DNA of 64,000 bases from Neovahlkampfia damariscottae (lineage: Eukaryota). The notes under the pieces were generated by a model that saw only the letters and a program-made list of their open reading frames with translations, searched no databases and had not been told where the DNA came from. The position numbers and the translations under genes are program-made. The stretch lies in assembly GCA_016618085.1 (NCBI GenBank), contig JABLTG010000020.1, positions 62,001-126,000 on the forward strand, given 5' to 3'. Positions 26,701 to 39,371 of this stretch are shown here, piece after piece. The first letter of the stretch is position 1; each line of letters begins with the position of its first letter.

Positions 26701-29700
26701 AGATAATTTGAATAAACCTTCAACACCTGTGATACCTAATGCATTATGTAAAATAGGTGTTAATCTAAATGGAACTACTTCCGGTATTTTTAATTTTTTC
26801 CCTTTGTCAAAACAAATATTATAATCAATGTGAACAATTTCACCAGTTGAATAATCAATAAGAATATTATCACAATGCCTGTCTCCTAAACCAATACAAT
26901 AACCAATAATTGACATAACTCCAATGGATCTATTGAAAGTTTTTGATTTATTAAACCATTCAGGTAAATTCTTTGATTGATACCAAATTTCTTTTGAAAT
27001 TAAATTTTTTGGAGTATGTTCATTCATTAATTTTTTTAAAACATTCATTAAAATATCTTTTGGTATATTTTGATGAGAAAATGAATTAATTCCTTTTTCT
27101 TTTAAAAATGGAACCAATGTTTTATAATATAAATCCATTGGTTTTTGAATTTGTTTTGATACTTTTGAATTATTTTGAAACCAATTCTTATAGGTTGAAT
27201 ATAATGGTATTGCTTCATCTACCCATTTAATTAATCCTGTTCTTTCTCCTAATGGAATTACAGAATAATTTCTTGCTCTTAAATTTCTTGTATCTTTTGA
27301 GTGCAATAAACTTAAATTTATAATTTTTAAGAATTGCATAATTCTTTCATCTAAATGTAAATCTTCTGTACCTTTGATTAAAAATGTAATTTTATCTCCA
27401 TTTGAACTTAGGAGAGATATCTTTTTTGGTTTCGTTTTTGAAGGTAAAATTGAAATAGAAGAATTAAATTTTAAAATAGTTGAATAGGTTGATACATTAT
27501 CATGATTAATGGATTCATCTAAATGTAAACTACCACCACCACCAGTTATTTCAACACCAGGTATTGGTACATTTTCAAATTCTAATTTTGATAATATTGG
27601 TGAAATATCTTTCAAGTTCAAATTCTTCTTTTTATATACTGAAAGAAATGATTTCATTAAAGAGTTCATTGAATCATAAATTGAATTTAATTCATTGAAA
27701 TCTTTTAAATTTTTTAATTTTTCAACCATTTTAATTAATATATTTTCATATTTCTCTTGAAATTCAAATTCATGTCTTGTTTCAGGATAACCAACTGTTA
27801 ATGAAATAGTTTTTTCTAATTCAATGATGATTGGTGAAAATAATTGATTATACTTTCCATTTTTCAAAAATTCTTTTTCTTCTTCTTTTTGAATTGAACT
27901 TTTAATGACATCACCATATTCTGTTGAATTTTGATTTGTTGATTTTTCAATTTTATCTTCAAATAAATGAAATTGATTCATTTGATTTTTAAATTTCTTC
28001 AAAATTTGATACAAATTATTATAACACATTTCTTCATAAAATATAGTTAATCTTGATAATTCTTTTATAATGACTTCAACATTTTTAAAAATATCATTCT
28101 TTTCTTCTTTTATTTTTGAAATTACATTTTCAAATTGTTTTGATTTTGAAATGGATCCTACAATTAAAGGATAACATAATATTTCAGGTGATGTTTTTCC
28201 AATTTTGATTAATAAATTTGAAATAATTTTAACTACAATTTCATTTGAATTCATGTTCAAATATGATAATAGTTGTGGTATGATATCAATCCAAATATGT
28301 AACTTTGAATTTGAAATTCCATTTTCAATTTCATTTTTTAATTCAATTGGGTACTCAACAAATAATTTCAATATTTTTAATGTCATCATTACATTATTTT
28401 CTCTATATTTTTCATTTGAATTTGTTATTTTTAATGCTTTAAAATAACAATCAATTCCTTTTGAATAATTATGAAACATTTCCTTTTTTAGATTTAACCA
28501 ATAAGAACATAAATTATTTGATTTTGATCTTAAATAAGGATATTGTAATTCAAATTCTTTTTTAAAATTATCTTCATTTCTAATTTCATTTAAAAATGAT
28601 AACATATTTTTTAAATCTTCTTCTGATAATAAATCATCATTTAAATATGTTGATAACCTTTCAATATTCTCTTTTGAATAGTCAAATGATTTATTTGATG
28701 ATAATTCATTTCCTTTCTGAATTAATAAATTTCCAAATCTAATTAATGGATTTCTTTGTTGATTATTTGAAAAATTAATTGATTTCGATATTAAATATTC
28801 TTGAATAGATTTGATTGGTTGTTCTTTTTCCACCTTTAATTGTAATTCAACCAATTCACCCCTTCTTTCTATATCTTTAGAAATCCAATTTTCTAAATCA
28901 AAATATATTTTTGATAATAAATTGTTTTCTTTTCCTTCTTTTAAATTAAAAATTAATTTACAAAGAATTTCAATTCCTTCTTCTTCTTTCGCTTCATTTT
29001 GAAGCAAGATTTTTGATTTTTGATACAATAACTCATCAGATGAAATTAAATTCGAAATTGAACTTAAAATTGAATTTGATATTTTATCGTTCTTTTTTTT
29101 GCTGAGAATTTTGCATTGTTCAATAGATACTACTTTAATTAAATTTTCGTCATTTTTTAAAGTTCCAAATGTTTTTAAATCATTTAAAAATTGAATTCTT
29201 GTTAATTTTTGTTCAACTTTTGGTATTTTAATTTCATCTTTTTTATCTTCATCTTCTGATTGATTCAAATGTTTAAAAATATGTAATTGAGATAGTGCAG
29301 GTACAATTAAAATAGAAGATGAAAATTGATTATCAGAAATATAATTTCCCAATTGAAACTTAATATTATCCATTCCATCTTCTTTTTGTAATTTATAATT
29401 TTTTAAAATTTCAAATTTTGAAAAATCTATAATGGATTCAAACTTTTCAACTTTTTTGAAATTAATTTTTTCTTTCGAATCATAATTCAAAAGGAATTCT
29501 GAATATGAATTTGAATAATGTTCCTTAAAAAATTGATTTAAATTTTCATTCTTTTTTAATTGGTCATTCAATGACTCAAAATCTGAAATACTTTTATAAG
29601 AATTTAAAATTTGATTAAAAATTAAATCATTTGATTCTTTTTCTAAATATGATTCATCTTTTAATTTTTGTAAATAATCTTCAATTGCCATTTCAAATGA

Positions 29701-32463
29701 ACCAATAGATTCCAATTCTAAATTTAATGACACTTTTTTTATTTCAATTATTTTTTTTGAAATGATATTTGAAACATTTTTTGATTGTAAATTTGAAAAA
29801 GTACCAGAAATCCATGAATTCAAACCATGTATTTGATCATATTCACCAATTTTAGATAAATAAGATAATAATTTTAAATAAGATATTTCAAATTGATTAA
29901 AAATTAAATTTAAGTCATTAATTTCCGAATTTGTTCCATTGAATTTATTTACTGATTTTTGTAATTGTAATTTTAAATCTTTTAATTTTAAATATGAATT
30001 CTTTATAAATGAAGTATCAAAATTTAATAATTCTGAAATGGAAATAATTAAATTTCTTAATCTATTAAACCAATCATCACAGACTTTTTTATTTGTTTTA
30101 AAAAATGATGAAATTGAGTTCGAATAATATTTTGAATCATTTTCATTGGCTAAATTTATTTGTTTATTCAATTCTTCTAAAAAGTTTAAAAATAAATTAA
30201 TTCTTTTTATAAATTTTAATTCTGATTCTGATTTAAATTTTAATTCATTTTCTTTCAATTTTGAACAAAAGAAATTTAATAATTTTTCAAAAAATTCAAA
30301 CATTTGCATTGGTCCACCAATTGAAGTTCGTAATTTATTTTGAACAACATATTTTGATGATTCAATACAAATCCATTTTTCTAATAATATTTTAGAGAAT
30401 ATTGGAAATGTTCTTCCTTCTTCGTCTTGTTTTTTATAATTTTGATTTGAATTACAATTAAAAAATATTTTCTCTAAATCAAAATAAATAAAATTATTTG
30501 ATTCTCCACGAAATATTTTTAATAATGAATTTAAATTTCTTGAATCAAAATTTGATACATTTTTTGAAGATAATTCTTCTTTAAAATGAATTTGTCTCCA
30601 TAATTGAAAATCATTCCATGTATATCCATCAATAAATTTAAACGAATTTTTGGATAAACAATCAATTGCACATGATGATACATTTTGATTTATATCTCCA
30701 ATTGATAATAGAATGAAATTTAAAATTTCAAAAAATAAATCAGAAATAGTATCAAGATGATTTAAAATATTGGAAAAAATTAAAATTAATAATTTTCTAA
30801 TTTCTTCATTTTTATCATTCTTCATTTTAATTAAATGATTTGAAACTTTAAAAATGATATGATTTATTTCATCAGTAATATTTTGAATTGGTTCATCATG
30901 ATTGGTTAAAAATTCAAACCAATTTAAAATTTCAATTTTTATTTCATTTTTTGGAAAACCATTTAAAATTTTTAAGAAAAATGAAAATATCACATCAAAT
31001 TTGTCAATATAATCACTTTTCATTTCATTCAAAATTTCAACTAAAATATGTCGCAACATTTCTAAAAATGAAATACAATTATTTGTTGAATAAAATGAAA
31101 ATGAAATCCATATTTCTGAAATATTAAATAAATCAAAAATTAAATTTAATTTTAAATCATTCTTAAATTTAATTGGTTCAGTTAAAATGTATAATAACAT
31201 TCCAGTATTAAATAAAATTTGATTTTCATTAAATTCAGATAAACTTAAAATAGTTGAAAAATCTTTTAAATTTGGATATTCAGGAAGTAAATTAAAGAAT
31301 TCTTTTAAAATGTCTTTTTGAAAATGTTGGAAATTTGAAAATAAAAAAATAAAAAATTCACCAAACATAATCAAAATTTTTGAATCATTTGAACTTTTTA
31401 AACTTATATTTAATGTAATTTCATTTAATAATTTCTTAATTTCTTCAAATTTTAATTCTTTTTTTTTTAAAATTCTTTTTAAATTTTCAATATAATTTTG
31501 TGGTAGAGATTTCTTTAATTTAAAAATAAAAGTATCAAAAATAATATCAAATTGATTCATCATCATTTCTTCTTGTTTAAAAATAAATTCACAAAATTCT
31601 AATTTTTATCGGTTAATCAATCTCAAATCTTACCATTCCAAAATAATTGTTTTGAATCTTCATATTTTTGAATTAAAAATTGAAAGTTTAAAAGTAATTT
31701 TTCATTAATCTTATTTGTTTGATTAAAAGAAAGATCAATAAAACATCTTTAAAAAAAGTATTCATTAGAAATAATATTCAAATACGTTAAAATATTAAAA
31801 CTTTCTTTTTCATCTTTTGTTAACTTCATATCTAATAATAATTTTTCAATTAAATTTTTTGTAAATTCTTCATTTGAATTCATTAAAGGTTCAAATTGTT
31901 GAAAAGTAACTTTATGTGTTAAATTTGAAAAGAGATATACCTTTAATTCTTTTTTTTTGTAAATTTGACAAATTATGATTTAAATAAACTCCTAAAAGTA
32001 AATCAATAATAATTTTAAATTTGGTTAATAAAATATTCTGATTTTCTTTTGAAATAATTTCAAGTAAATCTAGTATTGGTTCAATTAAATTAGTGTTTTC
32101 TAATTGTTCTAATGATTTAACTAAACTATTAAAAATTAAAGATGTGATCAATAAATCTTTTTCTTCTTCTTTTTCTTCAAATACAAATGTGTTTAAAATG
32201 GAAAGAACAAGTTGTGGTTTTTTTGTTAAAAATGTTAATAAAATTTGAATAAAATTGATTTTTTCATTTTTAAATTTGACTAACACTTTTGAAAGTACTG
32301 TTTTATCTTTTTCAAAAAAAATAAAAAATTCAGTAATTTTGTTTTCTTTTTCCAAATCTTCTATGCTTAAGTTCTTGATAAAACTATCAACAGTTTCTTT
32401 GAGAGTATCTAAATAATCTAAAAGAAGAAGATTAGAACTTTTGTTTTTTTTCTTCACCTTCAT
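23794..32463 (-). CDS. SMG1: SMG1 PIKK kinase (nonsense-mediated decay)
   Basis: KTKPKK, KGTEDLHLDERIMQFL, GLGDRHCDNILID, PEVVPFRLT, DPLVDW; long insertion before FATC ending MYEGWMAWI; four short introns including 25309-25335 (27 nt). Confidence 0.93.
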
Positions 32464-32528
32464 CACTCATTGATTGGTTGAAAAAAAAAAAAATCAAGGG
32501 TTGAAAAATAAAAAATAAATTTTTGAAT

Positions 32529-33393
32529 TTATCTTGTTCTTGTCCCACCATAACCTGTTGATATATGAGTTGATGAATCATCATCATATGAAGAAGAAGA
32601 ATTGTAACTTGAACTATCATAAGATGATGAATAGGATGGTTGATATGAGCGTCTATATCCACTACTATAATATGGTTGATTTGAAGAACCCCAAAGGTAT
32701 CCTAATCCCATTCCACTCCAAAATCCATTATTATTATTTACATAAGTTGTTGTTGAAGGATAGCCAAAATTTTGATTCACATAATTTGGTTGTCCATAAG
32801 TTGAATATACAATATTTTGTCTTGAGCACAATCTGAATCCAATGAGAAGAAATATAACGACAATAAATAAAAAAAAAAGTACTTCAAATCCATTTGAATC
32901 GGATTGATAATAATATTGAGTATTTGAGTATTCATTTCTACGTTCATGTCTTCTTTTTTCTCTGTTCTTACCTTTTGAGGTGTATTCTAGTTCATATTCT
33001 AAAGCACATGATCCTGTAAGAATATATGGGTCACCAGATTTTTCAAATCCTTCACAAACCACTTCTACTCTCCCAAGACGATAATTTGAGTTTAGTTGTG
33101 CTTCACACTTCCTGATTGTAATTTTAATTATTTAATAAATATTTTTACCATTGAATCGAGATTCCATCAGTTCCTCTATTTTCACAGTAGACAGAATCTG
33201 GTTCAAAATTTGTTTTTGCATCACCTCCAACTCTTTTCATTTGCATACTTGGCGCCAATCGTCTTCCGGTTGTATACCTTCCACGATAGAAAGTTAATCC
33301 TTTAACAGACGATAATAGTACCTTCTGTTCATGTGCCTTTGAAAAGAATAACAAAACTAAAAATATAGTGACAGTTGTGATTTTGTTGTACAT
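32529..33393 (-). CDS. SARAF: Store-operated Ca2+ entry-associated regulatory factor (TMEM66), paralog 1
   Basis: LTFYRGRYTTGRR, QW|KCEA, VVCEGF..DPYILTGSCALEY, GFWSGMG, C-terminal TGYGGTRTR; intron 33112-33148. Confidence 0.92.
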
Positions 33394-33526
33394 GTTTGGT
33401 TCAAGTAGAAAAGGAAAACGTTACCCAATCAAATGAAAACACTTGTATTTATTTTTTTAGATGAATTTAGAATAATTATTAATATCACAGTCAAATAAAT
33501 TCAAATGAATGTAAAATACTTTTTAT

Positions 33527-34393
33527 TTATCTTGTTCTGGTACCTCCAAATCCAGTTGCATTTCTTGTAGTTGAATCATCATCACTAGAATCAGAATCAT
33601 AAGTTGGTGCGCTACTTTCTTGATTGTAGTAATTATTTGAGGTAGAATATGTATCATTGTTGTAGTAACCTCTCCTATTTGACATGCTACTACCATCAAT
33701 AAATCCATCAAAATAACCAGCTCCCGAGTTATCAATAATGGTAGTATGATGAGTAGGTTGAACATTTGGATAAAAATTTGTATTTGTTGATGTTGTATAT
33801 GATGGATTTACAGGTGATGGTCTTGTTGTTGTATTTGTTGAACTTGGTAAACAACAAACAACAACAATGATAATAAAAATTATCAGCAAAAATATGAAGA
33901 TAAAAATTGATTTTGCTGATGAAGATGTATCTACATGTTCATATCGATGTCTTTGATGATGGTGATTTTGATGGTACCCACTATGTGATTTTGATTTTTT
34001 TCTTTCATGTGTTTTTCCTTTTGCTGTATATTCCAATGAATATTCCAGACCACATGAACCTACTAAGACATTTTGATCACCTGGATGTTTATATCCTTCA
34101 CAAACAACTTCAACTGGACCAAAGCGATATTTTTCATCCATATCAGCTTCACATTTCCATTGTACAGTCATCCCATCGAATCCTTGATTTTTACACTGAA
34201 CAGTGTCTGGTTCATAGTCAGTTTTGACGTTTCCACCGACACGTTTAAGTTGCATCACTGGAGCTGATCTCTTTGATGTTGTGTATCTTCCTTTGTGGAA
34301 TGTTAAAGCTTGTATTTGACTCAAATGAATTTTATCTTGATAAGCTTGAGTTATTATGAAAAGTGATATCAGTAAAATTATTATTTGTTTCAT
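33527..34393 (-). CDS. SARAF: SARAF/TMEM66 paralog 2 (intronless)
   Basis: LTFHKGRYTTSKR, QWKCEA, VVCEGY, GSCGLEY, ATGFGGTRTR; ATG 34393 precedes the signal peptide. Confidence 0.92.
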   Translation of the reverse strand: MKQIIILLISLFIITQAYQDKIHLSQIQALTFHKGRYTTSKRSAPVMQLKRVGGNVKTDYEPDTVQCKNQGFDGMTVQWKCEADMDEKYRFGPVEVVCEGYKHPGDQNVLVGSCGLEYSLEYTAKGKTHERKKSKSHSGYHQNHHHQRHRYEHVDTSSSAKSIFIFIFLLIIFIIIVVVCCLPSSTNTTTRPSPVNPSYTTSTNTNFYPNVQPTHHTTIIDNSGAGYFDGFIDGSSMSNRRGYYNNDTYSTSNNYYNQESSAPTYDSDSSDDDSTTRNATGFGGTRTR

Positions 34394-34627
34394 TTCCTTG
34401 TTCTGTTTGAGGTGGTTGAAGAAATGTTCGGAATTGGATAATAAATACTGATTGGATACTAAATTTAGAAATTCTCCACCAATAGAGTATTTTTGAAAAT
34501 CAACAACCGAGGTTTCCAAATAAAATATAGTAACTTCTTCAACAACTTTTCCTTTTTTTATAGGAAAATTTGATTGGTTAATTTTATCTTAACATCTTTT
34601 TCTTCATCAAACAACATCAGGAGAACA

Positions 34628-36336
34628 ATGCTTTCAAAATTGTTAAAATCCACAAAAAACCAAAAGAATTTAAGTTCTACAATTTTAAAGATGAATGTGT
34701 CCTCTAAATATTCAACTTTAACAAAAGACAAAGTCATTCAAGACATTGTTGATTATACTCACGATTTCAAAGTGACAAGTGAAGAAGCTTTAAAAGTTTC
34801 AAGATATACAATTATGGATGCCTTAGGATGTGGAATTCTTTCTTTATCCTTCAAAGAATGCACAAAGTTATTAGGACCAACTGTTAGTGGAACAACAGTT
34901 CATGACGGTAATCATTTTCAATGTTTTTTATTCCAATTTTTTAAAGGTGTTCGTGTTCCAGGAACAAGTTTTGAATTGGATCCTGTTGTTGGAGCATTTA
35001 ACATTGGAGCTATGGTATTTTTTTTCACACTTGTTAACTTCAATAGATCAGATGGTTAGATTATAATGACACATGGTTAGCTGCAGGTAACTTTATTTTT
35101 TAATTAAAATAAATTCAAGAATGGGGTCATCCATCAGATAATTTAGGAGCTATTTTGTCAACTGCTGACTTTGTTTCACGTAGAGGTGAACATCCTTTAA
35201 CAATGGGTGACGTAGCAAAATGTATGGTCAAAGCTCATGAAATACAAGGTGTTCTCGCATTAGAAAATTCATATAACAGAGTTGGACTTGATCATGTTTT
35301 ATTAGTAAAAATTGCTTCAACAGCTCTTGCTTCAAAAATACTTGGTGCAACAAAAGAACAAACTTTTAATGCAATTAGTAACGCATTTTTAGATGGTGGA
35401 GCTCTCAGAACTTATCGTCATTTTCCAAATGCTGGTTCAAGAAAATCATGGGCTGCAGGAGATGGTAATTAAATTATTCTTTTAACAATATTATTGAACA
35501 GCAACTTCAAGAGCTGTATGGCATAGTTTAAATGCTTTAAAAGGAGAAATGGGATATCCAACAGCACTTAGTGCACCAATTTGGGGATTTTATGATGTTT
35601 TATTCAAAGGAAATGAATTTTCAATTTCACAAAATTATTCTACTTATGTCATGGAAAATGTTGTAAGACAACGAAAAATTTAAATTGAATCCAAAGTTAT
35701 TCAAAGTATCATTTCCTGCTGAATTTCATGCACAAACAGCTGTTGAATGTGCTGTCATTTTACATCCTCAAGTAAAGGATAGATTAGACGATATTAAAAC
35801 AATTCATTTGAAAACACACGAAAGTGCAATTAGAATCATTGACAAAAAAGGACCATTAAGAAATCCAGCTGATAGAGATCATTGTATTCAATACATGACT
35901 GCTGTTGCTTTAATTCAAGGTAACTTAACAGCTGACCATTATGAAGACTCATTTGCGAAAGATGAAAGAATTGATATTTTAAGAGAAAAATTCTTAATCA
36001 CAGAAAATGTAAGAAAGGAAATATTTTTAAAATAAAAAAAAATAGAAAAAATATAGTGACGATTATCTTGATGCAAATAAAAGAAGTATCGCAAACTCAA
36101 TTCAAATAGAATTTAAAGATGGAAGTATGACAGATAAAATTGAAATTGAGTATCCAATTGGTCACAGAAGAAGAAGAGAAGAAGCATATCCACTCATTGA
36201 ACAAAAATTCAAATCAAACTTTGGAACAAAATTTACAAAAACTCAAACTGATAAAATATCACAATTATTTTTATCTGAAGAAAAATTTAATCAAACTCCA
36301 GTTCATGAATTCATGAGTTTATTAGCAAGAAAATAA
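34628..36336 (+). CDS. prpD: 2-methylcitrate dehydratase with mitochondrial presequence
   Basis: [75 protein letters not shown]-terminus MLSKLLKS; six short introns. Confidence 0.96.
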
Positions 36337-36379
36337 AAAACTTCTATTTTTTTTAATTTGCTTTTTATTGGTTAATTGA

Positions 36380-39277
36380 ATGTTGGTAGTTGATGAACAA
36401 AGAAAACAGATTTTTGATGATTCAATAGAAAATATATTTAATATAAAAGAAAGTATGTTTCACCTTAAAAAACATGAAGAACTATTCATTGAAAGTTTAA
36501 CTGGACATGTGTAAGAAAAGATAAATTTAACATATACCTAATAAATAGTATTTCAGTTGAAATTCAAAAACAAATCCTGTCAACTTCTAAAAAGATTGAA
36601 GAATTTTCTGAAAACATCAATTTTATTGAGAAGGTATCAAATGGTTTGATGAGAAATGAAAAAGAATTGAATTTAAAGTCACATGATGAATATAAGTCAT
36701 TAATTGAGGTAAATATTCTAATTTTTTAAATTCAAAAAGACTAATTTGAAATTTTTTGAAAAAAAACAACAAGATAGACTCACACTGAAATTTGAACCAT
36801 TTTTTAAAAAAATTCAAAAAAAGAAAAATATGTATGAACTATTAAATAATAAATATGAGATGATACAATCTGAAATATTCAATTATCTTGAGAAGTTCAA
36901 TCATTTGAATAAAATAGAAAAGAACGACAATAATGAAATATTTGATATTATTTTATTTTATGAAGTAAGAATAGAGTATTAGATTAAATATAAAGAAACA
37001 ATTTGAGAAGTTGGTAGAATATTTATTCAAATCAAATTCAAATTTATTAAAAGACTATCATTTTTTTGAAATGTTTTTTAAATCCAATGAACATTTAAAT
37101 AAATTAATTCAAATGATTTCTAGTTTTAACAGTACTATAATGAGTACTACTAAATTATTACCTCAAAATTTTAAAGAAACTTTAAATTTTGATTTAAAAA
37201 TGATTGATGAAGAAAATGAAGAAGAAATATTTTTGAAAGAAAATAATGAACTTTTAGATCATAAAAATGAAGAATATTTAAATCATTTGCTGAATATTTT
37301 ACCACAAAATTATATTTTAAATTCAAAAATATTTGTAAATAATCATTTTCAATTATCCAAATTAGTTCAATATTCCTATTTGGAAAAAAGTAATTTCTTA
37401 TTTGAAAATATATCTAAATCATTTAATAAAATGATAATCACTAAAGAGTCGAAAGATTTTAAGATGATAATTAAAGCAAAACAAATAATTAATGAAGCAT
37501 CAATAATATCCAATGAATTCGTAATTCAAAAAAATTTCAAGTTGAAAGTTTTAAATAAATATAAATCATTTATTGGTAAGAAAATTAAGAAATTGAAAAA
37601 GTGAGTTATTTAAATGAATTGAAACCTTATAGAATGCAAATTATTATATTTGAATACTTCTGTATAAAATTAAAGAGAAACTCAACCAAGAATTCAATTT
37701 TATTCAAAAATTTAAATTTAAAACTAATTCTATTGATAAAGAAAGTTTTAAAGGAATCTATTTTCAAAAAAGTGCTTTTGAACAAAATTATAAATAATTT
37801 TAAAATTGGAGATTTCAAAAAATCAAGAAATTTATTGAAATTAGAAAGATTTCCAATTTATATTGAAAATTTGATCACGAAAAAAATTCAATGGAAATCA
37901 TTTCATTTTTCGAAATTTAATAATTTCAATGATGCGGATGAACAAATTGATGTTTTATTTTCAACAAAAACTGATTCGTTGAATGAAAAGAAGGATGAAA
38001 ATATGTTCACCAATAATATAGCACCAAGTAGAATATCTTTATATTTGAAAAATAAGGATGAAAAATTGTTGAATAATGAAGATGATTTGATTAAAGATTT
38101 GAAAGAGGTTTGTCATTTGTTCTTTTTAAATTTCAAAATAGAAAATTGAAGAATTCATTGAACCAAAATTGAAAAAGAAAAATATTTTAATATCACATTT
38201 TAATAACACGTCTAATGTTTATTCAAAATTATTTCCATTTTGTCAATCAATCAATGAAGAAGTATCAAAAATTCAGTCTTTTTCAAATAAAATAATTGTA
38301 AGAAATATTTATATTCAACTATAATAAGGATAATGCATTTGAAAAAGTAAATGAAGTATTAAAAATGAAGGAATATAATATTCCATTTGAGTATTTGAAA
38401 CAATCCAATTTATTCAATTCCTATATGATTGATGTATTAAACGAAGATGATGAAGAATTGAAATTAAAATTACTGAAAGAATACAATCATCCATTGGATA
38501 TTAATCTATCATTAAAAATTAAAGAATTAAATGAAGTATGATAATATCTTTAACATTCATTCTTTTTAGAAATTCGAAAATGAAGATATTTCAATTATTG
38601 AATTGATGAATGAAAAATATATTCAATTTTCATTAGTTTATAAAAAATATGAAAAAATACAAAGGGAATTTTTGATAAAGACTATTAAAGAAGATGTAAG
38701 AAACATTTCTGAAGATTCAGGAGTTTTGTTTTGTCATCAAATCTCAATGTTTATTTCGAATGGTAAATCAAAATTTATATTTGATTACTTTTTAGTTCCA
38801 TCATTTAAATTTGAAGAATTTTATTTGAAATATTCAAATTTAATTTCTTTGATTCTTCCAAAATTAGTATCACTTCGAAAAGTTTATCTTGCACCATTGA
38901 AAACAGAATTACACAAACTAAAGAAACGAAAACGATTATTTGAATTAATTGAATCATTTAATTCAAATATAAATTTGCATGATCAAATTTTAAATCCAAT
39001 GACTCATTTGATTTGTTTCAAAATGGTTGGAAAAGAAGAAATGATACCAAAATTGATCAACTTATCAAAATATCTAGATCTATCATTAAATATAGGATTT
39101 ATGGAAGATTTAAATGAAAATATGGTGAAAAGTAGATTTGAAAGTGAAAATCATTGGATAAATGAAGAGAGCATTGATGAAATTATTGATATTTGGTTTA
39201 AAAATGATACTGCACATCAAAATATGAAAAAGTGTTGTAGTTTTTTTGAAAGAGTAATAAATGAGAACCTCAAGTAA
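36380..39277 (+). CDS. Hypothetical multi-exon, probably alpha-helical protein
   Basis: Consecutive + strand ORF fragments separated by GT-AG mini-introns; ATTGG box just before ATG 36380; no motif recognised. Confidence 0.6.
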
Positions 39278-39371
39278 AAATAACGTGGAAACAACAATGG
39301 AAATAAAAATTTTGGAAACTTGTGACCAATCAAAAAGTTTCTCATTTTTTTGTGGATTTGAAAACAATTCA

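Noticed and set aside
24167..31127. Many + strand ORFs antisense to SMG1, and similar ORFs opposite FKBP15, SNAPC4 and the lipase
   Set aside because: F/S/L/I-rich shadows of GAA/AAA/AAT-biased coding strands, with no motifs.
19405..32463. Raptor nearly adjacent to a PIKK kinase, suggesting a TORC1 gene cluster
   Set aside because: The kinase has SMG1 signatures (EDLHLDERIMQFL, long pre-FATC insertion, YEGWMAWI) rather than TOR's; the adjacency is probably chance.
34628..36336. prpD as recent bacterial transfer or contamination
   Set aside because: It has six host-type introns and a presequence, and PrpD is known in many eukaryotes.
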